Shown here piece by piece: positions 1 through 8,715 of a stretch of 64,000 bases of DNA. How positions within the stretch are numbered: position 1 is the stretch's first letter; each line of letters starts with the position of its first letter. The position numbers and the translations under genes were made by a program. The stretch lies in the NCBI GenBank assembly GCA_963677485.1, contig OY781964.1, forward strand, positions 4,256,001 through 4,320,000. Reading direction: 5' to 3'. Under the pieces are notes generated by a model. It was not told where the DNA came from. It saw nothing but the letters and a program-made list of their open reading frames with translations, and made no database searches. This DNA is from Armatimonadota bacterium (GTDB taxonomy: Bacteria; Armatimonadota; HRBIN16).

Positions 1-331
1 GCAGAACCACCTGAACCCGGTCCGGCAGGCGATGATTCAAGACGTGCTTCGCCGTGCCGAACTCAGCGAACGGCCTGCCTTTGTGCAGGATGCACCATAT
101 GTCTACCTGCAGCAGCATATTCAAGACGGGCAGACCTGTCTGTTGCTGAGCAACTTCGCTGACGATGATGTGTCCGAATTGCGCGTCTTCTTACCTGGCG
201 GAGGCAGTACTCAAGCCAGGCGGATCAACCGAGATGGGGAGAGTGCCATCAGCCTGGTTCGCGACGGCGAGTTTGTGACCATCCCGGGCACCTTGCGTCG
301 CTGGGAAACCCAGGCCGTGGTGATTGGGTGA
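1..331 (+). CDS. 3' end of a gene truncated by the window edge (possibly a glycoside hydrolase C-terminal domain)
   Basis: Frame is open from base 2 to TGA at 331. Beta-rich C-terminus (LLLSNFADDD...). Product is a guess. Confidence 0.5.
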   Translation, partial: QNHLNPVRQAMIQDVLRRAELSERPAFVQDAPYVYLQQHIQDGQTCLLLSNFADDDVSELRVFLPGGGSTQARRINRDGESAISLVRDGEFVTIPGTLRRWETQAVVIG

Positions 332-336
332 TCGGG

Positions 337-590
337 TAGGGGCAGCCCCCCGTGGCTGCCCTGTTCGGATTCGTATCCGCAGATGAACGCGGACGGGATG
401 TCTCACGCGAAGACGCGAAGGGATGTATTTTAACGCAAAGGCGCAAGGGTGCAAAGACGCGAAGGGGAATGATGGGATTCGCCGTGTGTCAGTAATATTG
501 GCGGACGCTATTTACCCAGAAACCGTAGGGGCATCGCGTGCGGTGCCCCATAGATCGCCCCGGTTAGGAGAAAACCGGCGCGGTCATCAA
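337..590. repeat. Intergenic mosaic of REP-like repeats
   Basis: GTAG-type palindromes GTAGGGGCAGCCCCCCGTGGCTGCCC (337-362) and GTAGGGGCATCGCGTGCGGTGCCCC (~525-549). 8-bp-period repeats (CGCAAAGG CGCAAGGG TGCAAAGA CGCGAAGG). ACCGGCGCGGTC motif near 574-585. Confidence 0.7.
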
Positions 591-602
591 TGGTTTATTC
601 CC

Positions 603-2162
603 CTACGCTAGGTCGCGGATCCTGGCGATGAACACCGGGCTGACGCTGATCTCGCGCACACCCATCTTGAGCAACTCCAACAGCGCAGCGGTGCGGGCGG
701 CCATTTCGCCGCACACACACACGGGCTTGCCATTGGCGCGGCCTGCGTCCACGGTCATTTTGATCAACTCCAGCACCGATTCGTCCAACTCGTCGTATAG
801 ATGCCCCACGGAGCCGTTGGTGCGGTCGACCGCAAGGGTGTACTGCGTCAGGTCATTCGTGCCGATGCTGAGATAGTCTACATCGTGAGCGATCTGGCTG
901 GCATGGAGGGCGGCTGCGGGCGTCTCGATCATCGCGCCGATTTTGACATTGCTGACCGGATGCCCCTGTTTTGACATCCGTATGATGGTGTCCTTCACCA
1001 GATTCAAGGCCGTGTTCAATTCGGATAATCTGGAGACCATGGGCAGCAGAATCGTGACCGGGCCAAAGGCCGATGCGCGGATCATCGCCCGAAGCTGGGT
1101 GGTGAACAGCTTGGGCTGTGCCAGGCTCAGCCGGATGCCCCGCAGGCCCAGTGCCGGGTTTGCCTCGCTGGGGTGCTGGATGTAGGCCAGCGGCTTGTCG
1201 CTGCCGGCATCCAGGGTGCGCAACACCACAGGAAGCCCCTTTGCGATTTTGACAAGCTCCGCGTAGCACTCATACTGCTCATCTTCAGTAGGCGCGGTGC
1301 TGCGGTCTTGAAACAAGAACTCAGTGCGTACGATGCCGAAACCGTCGCAGCCGGCACTTATCGCCTGTTTGGCGTCTTCAATCGAGCCAATGTTGGCTTT
1401 GATGTTGAGCTCACCGATGCCGTAGTCTGCCAGTGCCCATTTGGCTTCTGAGAGCATGTCTTCTGCCGCGATCATCGCAGACGTTATGTCACGCCGGTGT
1501 GGCTGGACGGTCACTACGCCGAAATTCCCGTTGACGATGATCATCTCATCCTCGCGGGTTTTTTGCATAATATCCGGAACCCCAAACACGGCGGGGATGC
1601 CTGCCGCGCGGATTAAAATGGCCGCGTGCGAGTTGCATCCACCTTTGGCGGTAATGACCCCTGCGGCCTTTTTTAACGCCGCGACCTGTGAAGGGTAGAG
1701 CTCATCGGTGACGAACACGGTATCCGCGCCGATCGCATTATCAGCACTCTGATTTGCCAGGTTGGTGCAGAGGCGATGGCCGATGTCGCGGATATCCACC
1801 GCTCTGGCGCGCAGGTATTCGTCGTCAAGCTGTTCAAATCTGGCGGCGATGGCGTCACTGGTCTGTTTGGCCGCTTCGTATGCCGAGACACCTTGTTTGA
1901 TGAGTTCGACTATGGGGTCGATGAGCTCGGGGTCTTCCAGCAGCATTAGGTGAGTCTCCATCACCTCACGCTGCAGATCATCGGTGGCATCGTCGCATAG
2001 CAGTTCGACGTCATCCTGCGCTTCTGCGAGGCTGCATTCCCACAGCTCCAGCTCTTCCGTGACAGAGGCATCTGGGTTGAGCTCGGGTACAACCTGTCGA
2101 GGAATCCGCACACGGCCGATGCCGGTACCTTCAGAAACGGCTATTCCAAATATGATCTCCAT
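603..2162 (-). CDS. ptsI: PEP-protein phosphotransferase (PTS enzyme I)
   Basis: GGCNSHAAIL phospho-His motif, RTEFLF, EANPALGLRGIR, SIGTNDLTQY, VCGEMA. Confidence 0.96.
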   Translation of the reverse strand: MEIIFGIAVSEGTGIGRVRIPRQVVPELNPDASVTEELELWECSLAEAQDDVELLCDDATDDLQREVMETHLMLLEDPELIDPIVELIKQGVSAYEAAKQTSDAIAARFEQLDDEYLRARAVDIRDIGHRLCTNLANQSADNAIGADTVFVTDELYPSQVAALKKAAGVITAKGGCNSHAAILIRAAGIPAVFGVPDIMQKTREDEMIIVNGNFGVVTVQPHRRDITSAMIAAEDMLSEAKWALADYGIGELNIKANIGSIEDAKQAISAGCDGFGIVRTEFLFQDRSTAPTEDEQYECYAELVKIAKGLPVVLRTLDAGSDKPLAYIQHPSEANPALGLRGIRLSLAQPKLFTTQLRAMIRASAFGPVTILLPMVSRLSELNTALNLVKDTIIRMSKQGHPVSNVKIGAMIETPAAALHASQIAHDVDYLSIGTNDLTQYTLAVDRTNGSVGHLYDELDESVLELIKMTVDAGRANGKPVCVCGEMAARTAALLELLKMGVREISVSPVFIARIRDLA

Positions 2163-2419
2163 TAGCTGCCTTCTCGCAGGAATTTGGCCAGAGCTTCTAG
2201 CGCAGCCGATTCGTCCGGACCATCCGCTTTGACTGTGACCGTAGATCCTTTGCCCGCGTCGATGCCGATGAGCGAGATGACGCTGTTGGCCTTGGCCTCA
2301 CTGCCGTCTTTTTCGACGGTGATGAGCGCATCAAACTGCTTCGCCAGCTTCACGAACTGTGCGGCTGGCCGGGCATGAAGCGCCAGCTCCGGGTGCATGG
2401 TGACTGTAAGCTCTGTCAT
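2162..2419 (-). CDS. ptsH: Phosphocarrier protein HPr
   Basis: LHARPAAQFV (His15) and ANSVISL (Ser46). 85 aa. Confidence 0.95.
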   Translation of the reverse strand: MTELTVTMHPELALHARPAAQFVKLAKQFDALITVEKDGSEAKANSVISLIGIDAGKGSTVTVKADGPDESAALEALAKFLREGS

Positions 2420-2868
2420 GATGCCTCACCCTCAACTTCCAGCAGGGGATCACCCAGCTTTACGTGCTTTCCGGCGAGTATCTTCACGCTGCCGCCCATC
2501 ACCACGATGGGCGAAATGGTCTGTTTTCCGGCCGCCTTGATGGCCTCGATGTCGAATTCGATCAGCCGCTGACCCAGTTCGATCTGCTGGCCTTTGGCCG
2601 CCAGAAGGGTAAAGCCCTCACCGTTCATCTCCACGGTGTCGATGCCCACATGCACCAGCAGCTCCACGCCCTCCGCAAGCTCCATCCCGAAGGCGTGCCC
2701 GCTTTTGGGCAGTGCGGAGATGTTGCCTGAAGCTGGTGCCACGACCACACCCTCATCGGGGATGATCGCCACGCCATCGCCCAGCATCTTCTCCGCGAAC
2801 ACAGGATCGGGCACCTGGTCGATCGGGATGACTTCGCCGGACATCGGTGACATGATTGTGATGACCAT
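2416..2868 (-). CDS. crr: PTS glucose-family EIIA
   Basis: VPDPVFAEKMLGDGVAI, HAFG, LLVHVGIDTV. Confidence 0.93.
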   Translation of the reverse strand: MVITIMSPMSGEVIPIDQVPDPVFAEKMLGDGVAIIPDEGVVVAPASGNISALPKSGHAFGMELAEGVELLVHVGIDTVEMNGEGFTLLAAKGQQIELGQRLIEFDIEAIKAAGKQTISPIVVMGGSVKILAGKHVKLGDPLLEVEGEAS

Positions 2869-2873
2869 CGGTG

Positions 2874-3104
2874 TTACATTAAGTCCTTTATCTCTTGTTC
2901 GATGATCTCCGCCTCGGTGCCGATCACCACCTGAATGTTGCCGCCGCCCAGCTTCATGATGCCCACGGCCCCCTCGCTCTTCAGTGCGCGCTCGTTGAGC
3001 AGGCTCATGTCAACTAATGTGATCCGCAGCCGAGTGATGCAGCTATCAAGGTTCTTGATATTCGCTTTACCACCGAGTGCATCGAGAATATGTTGTGCGT
3101 CCAT
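2874..3104 (-). CDS. PTS glucose-family EIIB (stand-alone)
   Basis: LGGKANIKNLDSCITRLR phospho-Cys motif. 76 aa. Confidence 0.93.
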   Translation of the reverse strand: MDAQHILDALGGKANIKNLDSCITRLRITLVDMSLLNERALKSEGAVGIMKLGGGNIQVVIGTEAEIIEQEIKDLM

Positions 3105-3122
3105 GGTTATACCTCTTATATG

Positions 3123-4310
3123 TTATGCCGTGTTGGCATCGACCTCTTCATCGGGTTCGCGGCCCGGTGTGGCCAAGTCCATTTTACGGATGATGAGCCG
3201 GAATAGGAAATAGTAGACCGCGGCGTAGACCAGGCCGATGGGTATGATCCACAACGGGTGAGTGGCCTTGCCGTAGAAAAGCACGTAGTCGATGAGCCCC
3301 GCGGAGAAGCCAAAGCCGTGCTTGATGCCCAGCAACTCGCATACAGCCAGCGCGCTTCCGGTGAGCACTGCGTGGACGCCATAAAGGATCGGTGCCAGGA
3401 ACATAAACGCGAACTCAATCGGCTCGGTGATGCCGGTGATCAGCGAGGTCAGTGCCGATCCCATCAACAGACCTGCGACCACCTTGCGCTGCGAGGACTT
3501 CGATTCATGCACCATCGCCAGGCAGACCGCCGGCAGTGCGAACATCATGATGACATAGAATCCGGTCATAAACTGACCGGCGGTGGGGTCGCCAGCGGCA
3601 AACCGCGTGAGGTCGCCATGCACCAGTTTCCCTGCTGCGTCCGTGAAGGAGCCGAAGTCAAACCAGACCATGGTGTTGATGACATGGTGCAGACCGAACG
3701 GCACCAGCAACCGGTTGGCGATGCCGTAGAAAAACACGCCGATGGGTCCGCTGGCGATGAGCGCGTTGCCCCCGGCGTGGATGGAGGCCTGTACATATGG
3801 CCAGAGCCAACTGGCCAACAAACCGATGATGAGTGCCGAAAATGAAGTCAAGATGGGCACCAGCCGTTTCCCGCCAAAGAAGCCTAATGCTCGGGGCAGC
3901 CGCGTGCGGTGATACTTATTGTACAAACTGGCGGAGACCAGGCCAATCACCAGACCGCCTAAAACGCCCATATTCACGGTGGACGGGTCGCCGGGGTTCA
4001 AGCCAGGGTGGACCGCTTCGATGGTCTTGGTCATGACCAGGTAGCCCACCACCGCCGCCAGCCCGGCCACGCCCGCGTCGGCCGCAAAGCCGATGGCTAC
4101 TCCGATGGCGAAGATCAGCGGCAGGTTGTCGAAAATCGCACCACCGCCCTTCATCATGACGAATCCCACGGTGTGGATGATTCCGATGGGTACCGATGCC
4201 TGGATGAGTTCGCCAAATCTGAGCATGAGTGCCGCGGCGGGCAGCACTGCGATGGGCATCATCAGCGACTTCCCGATACGCTGAAGCACGCCCATAAAGT
4301 TGGATAGCAT
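3123..4310 (-). CDS. PTS EIIC permease, glucose/N-acetylglucosamine family
   Basis: LQRIGKSLMMPIAVLPAAA, NRLLVPFGLHH, TGITEPIEF, ATPGRE. ATG at 4310 has GGAGG upstream; the ORF-track start at 4490 is probably too long. Confidence 0.93.
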   Translation of the reverse strand: MLSNFMGVLQRIGKSLMMPIAVLPAAALMLRFGELIQASVPIGIIHTVGFVMMKGGGAIFDNLPLIFAIGVAIGFAADAGVAGLAAVVGYLVMTKTIEAVHPGLNPGDPSTVNMGVLGGLVIGLVSASLYNKYHRTRLPRALGFFGGKRLVPILTSFSALIIGLLASWLWPYVQASIHAGGNALIASGPIGVFFYGIANRLLVPFGLHHVINTMVWFDFGSFTDAAGKLVHGDLTRFAAGDPTAGQFMTGFYVIMMFALPAVCLAMVHESKSSQRKVVAGLLMGSALTSLITGITEPIEFAFMFLAPILYGVHAVLTGSALAVCELLGIKHGFGFSAGLIDYVLFYGKATHPLWIIPIGLVYAAVYYFLFRLIIRKMDLATPGREPDEEVDANTA

Positions 4311-4395
4311 GATGTTAGGCCTCCGAAGGATGACAGGGATATGTGATAGTATTCGCCATCCGCGCGGCGTTTCCCTTCTGTGGGATTCGGGGAAG

Positions 4396-4780
4396 TTCTC
4401 ACGCGAAGACGCGGAGCGGGACTTAACGCAATGGCGCAAGGGGGGCAATGAACGCAAAGGGGAAATCCACAGATGGTGCAGATAACACAAATGAGCTAAT
4501 GACCGCGCCGGTTTCTCAGAGCATTATCAAACACCTTGCAGCCCATCTCCGGCGCGGTCTGGCCTGGGAACGCCAATCTCCCGATTGGCATATACTCGGT
4601 GCGGGTCTGGCGGTTAGCCTCCCTAGCCTTGTTAGGAAGTATTAACCACGAATACACACGAATGATCACGAATGGGAAGGTCTCACGCGAAGACGCGAAG
4701 GGTAACGACCGCGCCGGTCTGGCGGCCAGCTCCCATTCACCGAGCGACTAATATCCGGCGCGGTCTGGCGGATAGCCTGT
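4396..4780. repeat. Intergenic mosaic of REP-like repeats
   Basis: TCTCACGCGAAGACGCG at ~401, ~4397 and ~4681. Paired inverted GACCGCGCCGG...CCGGCGCGGTC (4501-4559, 4707-4765). CTGGGAACGCCAATCTCCCGATTGGC hairpin (~4564-4589). CACGAAT triplet (~4647-4674). Confidence 0.7.
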
Positions 4781-4941
4781 TATCTACGTGCCTGTCCGCC
4801 GAGAGTTGCCCCACAATTACAAAATAACGCACAACTGCACCAAAATCGCTTGACATCCGTCTGTGGACAGCAGTAAGCTGATATCAGACCGATAAAACGA
4901 ATGCAACGAAGCAAACAACAACAGCAAAGGACATATTATGC

Positions 4942-5538
4942 GTGAAGGCCGCCACCGGTACAAATAACTACGACAAGTGCAACGCCGCCACGGGCGACAT
5001 GCGCCTCAATGGCACAGATCTGAAGTATTACCACTTCGACGAACTCGGCAGCACGCTCCTCCTGACGGATGCGAGCGGGGTGCAGAGGGAGAGTGCAGTA
5101 GTGACACACACAATAGACACGCGATACGACTTGCCATCGGAGCAAACGATCCGATGTCGTGAGGGTTACGAATATGTGGTAGGCGTGCAAGTACCAATCA
5201 CGATTAAAAAACTCGAATATAACTCAATAAGCGAGATATTCAAGATATTCGAGGACGGTCCGTTGGTAATGTCCACTGCAGACTTTCGACGTAACCCCTA
5301 CATATTAATAGCAATAGAGAACAAGGATCCACAGTTCAATGTGAGAATAGATGGAGTATTGTGCTTCTTAGGTGATAATAGTAATCGGGACTGTTGGTTC
5401 AGATTACACTCCATTGTGCTCGGAATAGTGGTGTTGACGGATCCGGATAATGTCTGTCTGTCTTTAGATAAGGATAGAAATAACCTGCTGATCACAGATA
5501 AGAAAACCGGCAAAATACGACTACGAAGGCCTATATAG
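4942..5538 (+). pseudogene. Chimeric ORF: short Rhs-core remnant fused to unrelated sequence
   Basis: GTDLKYYHFDELGSTLLLTDASG is nearly identical to the start of the next Rhs ORF. No downstream Rhs core or DPxG motif. Confidence 0.55.
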
Positions 5539-5683
5539 GTGACACATATACATATGAGTGAAGGTGTAAAGTCTAGATTCGATTAGGCCATTGCATATGC
5601 GTAAAGAAGGCACAGATCTGAAGTATCACCACTTCGACGAACTCGGCAGCACGCTTTTCCTGACGGACGCCAACGGTGTGCAG
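5011..5683 (+). repeat. 75-bp imperfect direct repeat of Rhs-core DNA (5011-5085 and 5609-5683)
   Basis: GGCACAGATCTGAAGTAT(T/C)ACCACTTCGACGAACTCGGCAGCACGCT...CCTGACGGA...GTGCAG occurs in both places. Confidence 0.9.
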
Positions 5684-6466
5684 ACCGACAAATACGTCTA
5701 CAACGCCTGGGGCAAGGTGGTTTCTTCCAGCGGCACGACGGTGAACCCATTCAAGTATGTGGGCCGTTTGGGGTATTACACCCATGCAGAAGCAGGTAAT
5801 ACTTTGTTGCTGCTGGGCACACGCTTCTACGACCCTGACGCTGGCGTCTTCACCCAGCGTGATGCGGCGAAAGACGGCTTGAGCTGGTATTCCTACACCA
5901 GCGGGCAATCGATGGTGGCGGTGGACCCGTGGGGTATGAGTCCCCATACTGACAGGGTCCAATTCTGGTTGCCATGGTTATACAGACTGGCGGACAACTG
6001 CGGAAATGCTTCAGGAATGTATGATGCCAGCACAGCTACCGGTTGGGAAGTTGTTGGGCAAGCATCGTTGTTTTCGTTCGGGTTGGGGGTATCGGGCTTT
6101 GCTTGGGAGAAGGCGGCAGCAGATTTCATTCCAAGAGCAAGTGCGGGAGTATCATATGCAGCCGGACATGTCTACGAAGAACCTGTAATGCGAAGGACCT
6201 TAGGATACGCCGCTGGTAGGGTGGCAAGATGGTTTTGCGGTATAGCAAACACTGTAACGCCCATATACAGCGATTTCGATGCCATATGGAAAGTGTTAAA
6301 TGATTGTGTAAGGAATGGGAAATTCAATTTTGAACCGACCGTCGATGGTTGGCTTAACAGTTCTGACGAGAGCTGTATCAAATCTCTAGCACCTTTTGGA
6401 GATGCTGTATGGCGTTCGCTCGTACAGATTGGGATAGGGACAGTTAGTCTCCGAGTACATCTGTAA
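5597..6466 (+). CDS. Orphan RHS repeat-associated core protein with variable C-terminal toxin domain
   Basis: YHHFDELGST, YVYNAWG, NPFKYVG, RFYDPDAGVFTQRD, YSYTSGQSMVAVDPWG (DPxG cleavage site), then a ~175-aa unrelated C-terminus. Confidence 0.88.
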   Translation: MRKEGTDLKYHHFDELGSTLFLTDANGVQTDKYVYNAWGKVVSSSGTTVNPFKYVGRLGYYTHAEAGNTLLLLGTRFYDPDAGVFTQRDAAKDGLSWYSYTSGQSMVAVDPWGMSPHTDRVQFWLPWLYRLADNCGNASGMYDASTATGWEVVGQASLFSFGLGVSGFAWEKAAADFIPRASAGVSYAAGHVYEEPVMRRTLGYAAGRVARWFCGIANTVTPIYSDFDAIWKVLNDCVRNGKFNFEPTVDGWLNSSDESCIKSLAPFGDAVWRSLVQIGIGTVSLRVHL

Positions 6467-7050
6467 TGGCAAAGGTAAGTACGACCTTGATTAAAAACCT
6501 CGCAGATGGTATCACAAAGTTAAAAATCATAGTGCTTGATATGGCCTCAAGAACCCTTATCGTAGTGCTACCAACGATCGGATATTTTGTGTTGTGTTTC
6601 ACAGAGCATTCTAGAGGTCGATACTACCCTAATCAACCTCCGCTATTACGGATATTATTGATAGCGGCAACGATATATTTCATGATTCAATTCGGAATTA
6701 TGCGCAGATATATCATAACTACGAGAGATAGTGGACATCCACGACAAACCTTGCTTCGTTACTTAGGGTGGCCGACTGTTTGTATGGCCGTAGTTTTTGC
6801 ATATGTTTGGCATTTGTCTGCATGGTCGCATCTATACCTGATATTTGGGCTTTTATTATGCGGTATAAGTTATATACATAGCACGGAAGACTACCGCATA
6901 ATACGCGGATTATCAGGCGGTTTTCGGTATCTTTGGCTGATTCTAGTGTCAGTTTGGTGGATCGGAATAGTCTTCTACTTAAAATTCATCATACCCATTA
7001 TTATGGCCTGTGAGATTAATAGGTACTGGCACCATCATCGATGGTACTAA
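6466..7050 (+). CDS. Multi-pass membrane protein, putative Rhs immunity protein
   Basis: Start overlaps the toxin stop (TAATG). About 5 hydrophobic segments. AT-rich. Confidence 0.65.
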   Translation: MAKVSTTLIKNLADGITKLKIIVLDMASRTLIVVLPTIGYFVLCFTEHSRGRYYPNQPPLLRILLIAATIYFMIQFGIMRRYIITTRDSGHPRQTLLRYLGWPTVCMAVVFAYVWHLSAWSHLYLIFGLLLCGISYIHSTEDYRIIRGLSGGFRYLWLILVSVWWIGIVFYLKFIIPIIMACEINRYWHHHRWY

Positions 7051-7189
7051 ACAATGATCCGCAGAAAGGAAAGGCATATAACAAATCCAGAATTGCTAAA
7101 TACCGGCGCGAATATTACCGCGCATTCGGTAATTAATTCGGTGGTATGATCGACGGTGCGAATATAGCGGCTTTGTATCGACCAGTAGG

Positions 7190-7768
7190 ATGTCATTTAT
7201 AATGGTCATGATGAATCCAAGGAAGCGTGCCAAGCTAATGCTTATCGTGAGAACTGCATATCTATTGCTTTATTGTGTGATCGTGTCAGGATTATCATGG
7301 ATCATGATGTTGTATGCTGGGGTGTCATACAACTGGTTCGGTGACGGATCAGCCGTCAGGGTTGCACCACCTACCTTGAAGATTATGGTAGTGATCTCAT
7401 CACTACTTGGAGCGTCGTGTATAAACACCCTCTTGGTATTGCGAAAGAAAGGTGTTTATACACCTTTCGTGCGACGACGCTTAGCAATCGGAATTCTATT
7501 ATTCGTGATAACCTGTCTTTATACGATACTGTCGATGTCCTATCAGGTTGTGCTGTATTGGATTATTTGTACAGTATGGGCGTTATATCTTCTGAACATT
7601 AGGCGGTTGATGCTAGGGGAGAGGGATCATCTTTATAAATATGAGATAGTAACGATCTTCTGTGCGTTATCATTAACGGTGTATTATATCTACATAACTA
7701 ACGTTGCGGCATGCATCATAAAAACAGACTATATAGATTATTATCTTGTTTATCATAGATGGTATTGA
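7190..7768 (+). CDS. Multi-pass membrane protein, second putative immunity paralog
   Basis: 192 aa versus 194 aa for the previous gene, similar hydrophobic pattern, shared C-terminal HRWY. Confidence 0.6.
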   Translation: MSFIMVMMNPRKRAKLMLIVRTAYLLLYCVIVSGLSWIMMLYAGVSYNWFGDGSAVRVAPPTLKIMVVISSLLGASCINTLLVLRKKGVYTPFVRRRLAIGILLFVITCLYTILSMSYQVVLYWIICTVWALYLLNIRRLMLGERDHLYKYEIVTIFCALSLTVYYIYITNVAACIIKTDYIDYYLVYHRWY

Positions 7769-8000
7769 GTGGCGATTCATGACATCCCACATCAGCTCGG
7801 TCGGCATCAACACAGCCTTCTACGCCACTTACCGAGTGCGTGATTGATCGGGTTGAATAGAAGGCATTATGTGCCAGTATCCTAACAACCCATGTTTAGT
7901 AGATGCATGCGGGTGTATCGAATTCCAGTTATGGGTCCTCAGGAATACAAAGGTCGTTCGCTGTGGCAGGCCTCGACGCCTGCCCCAACACTCACCACAT

Positions 8001-8030
8001 TTGACAACCAACCCCGAATCCAGCTATAAT
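8001..8030 (+). promoter_or_regulatory. Sigma70-type promoter of the pyr operon
   Basis: TTGACA-N18-TATAAT. Confidence 0.75.
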
Positions 8031-8053
8031 GCTATAAGAAGTCCGGAAACCGA

Positions 8054-8086
8054 TCCTTTAAGACCGTCCAGAGAGGCGGGTAAGGA
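8054..8086 (+). promoter_or_regulatory. PyrR-binding RNA stem-loop
   Basis: TCCTTTAAGACCGTCCAGAGAGGCGGGTAAGGA matches the CUUUAA...GUCCnGnGAGGC...AAGG consensus and lies upstream of pyrR. Confidence 0.88.
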
Positions 8087-8160
8087 GCCTGGTGAACCCG
8101 CATTCATCTGTCTCTAATCCGATCCATCTCAGGACCTCCAACACCTGTAAGGAGGACCTT

Positions 8161-8715
8161 ATGCTTCGCGAAATCCCCGTGATGAACGCGCAAGACATGC
8201 GCCGTGCTCTCACACGCATAGCCCATGAGATATTGGAACGCAACAAAGGGTCAGAAAACCTCGTTTTAGTGGGCGTGCTTCGCAAAGGAGCCCCCATCGC
8301 CAACCGCCTCGCCGCACTCATTCAAGAGATCGAAAACAACCCGGTTCCGGTAGGTCAACTGGATATCTCCCTCTACCGCGATGATTACCGCACTCACACC
8401 GTGACAGGAATGGGCAGCACGCAGATGCCTGTGGATATCACCGGCAAGTGCGTGGTGCTGGTGGATGAGGTCTTTTTCACAGGCCGCACCATACGGGCCG
8501 CCATCACCGGCCTGTTTGACCTCGGCCGGCCGTCCAACATCCAACTTGCCGTGCTGGTGGACCGCGGTCACCGCGAGATCCCTGTCCGGCCAGACTATGT
8601 AGGTAAGAACATCCCCACCTCAAAAAGCGAGTTCGTAGAGGTGCGCCTCCAGGAGCTCCACGGTGAAGACTCGGTGTGCATTGTTAAGTCGCTTGAGGAG
8701 GAACCGAACGAGTGA
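8161..8715 (+). CDS. pyrR: Pyrimidine operon regulator / uracil phosphoribosyltransferase
   Basis: RALTRIAHEILERNKG, LDISLYRDD, LVDRGHREIPVRPDYVGKNIPT. AGGAGG precedes the ATG at 8161. Confidence 0.96.
   Translation: MLREIPVMNAQDMRRALTRIAHEILERNKGSENLVLVGVLRKGAPIANRLAALIQEIENNPVPVGQLDISLYRDDYRTHTVTGMGSTQMPVDITGKCVVLVDEVFFTGRTIRAAITGLFDLGRPSNIQLAVLVDRGHREIPVRPDYVGKNIPTSKSEFVEVRLQELHGEDSVCIVKSLEEEPNE

Noticed and set aside
430-470. GC-AAAGGC-GC and GC-AAAGAC-GC look like tandem ANTAR hexaloops (A1, G4), and an ANTAR regulator is in the window
   Set aside because: The stems are only 2-3 bp, the site is between convergent gene ends rather than in a leader, and an 8-bp periodic repeat explains it better.
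4311-4490. N-terminal extensions given by the ORF track (EIIC from 4490, pyrR from 8092, P-type ATPase from 55954, 42062, 36597)
   Set aside because: The extensions run through repeats or regulatory DNA, and downstream starts have clear RBSs and match family N-termini.
333-4790. Repeat-spacer appearance of the intergenic mosaics suggesting a CRISPR or TIGR-like array
   Set aside because: Repeat units differ in sequence and length, spacing is irregular, and no cas or associated gene is present.
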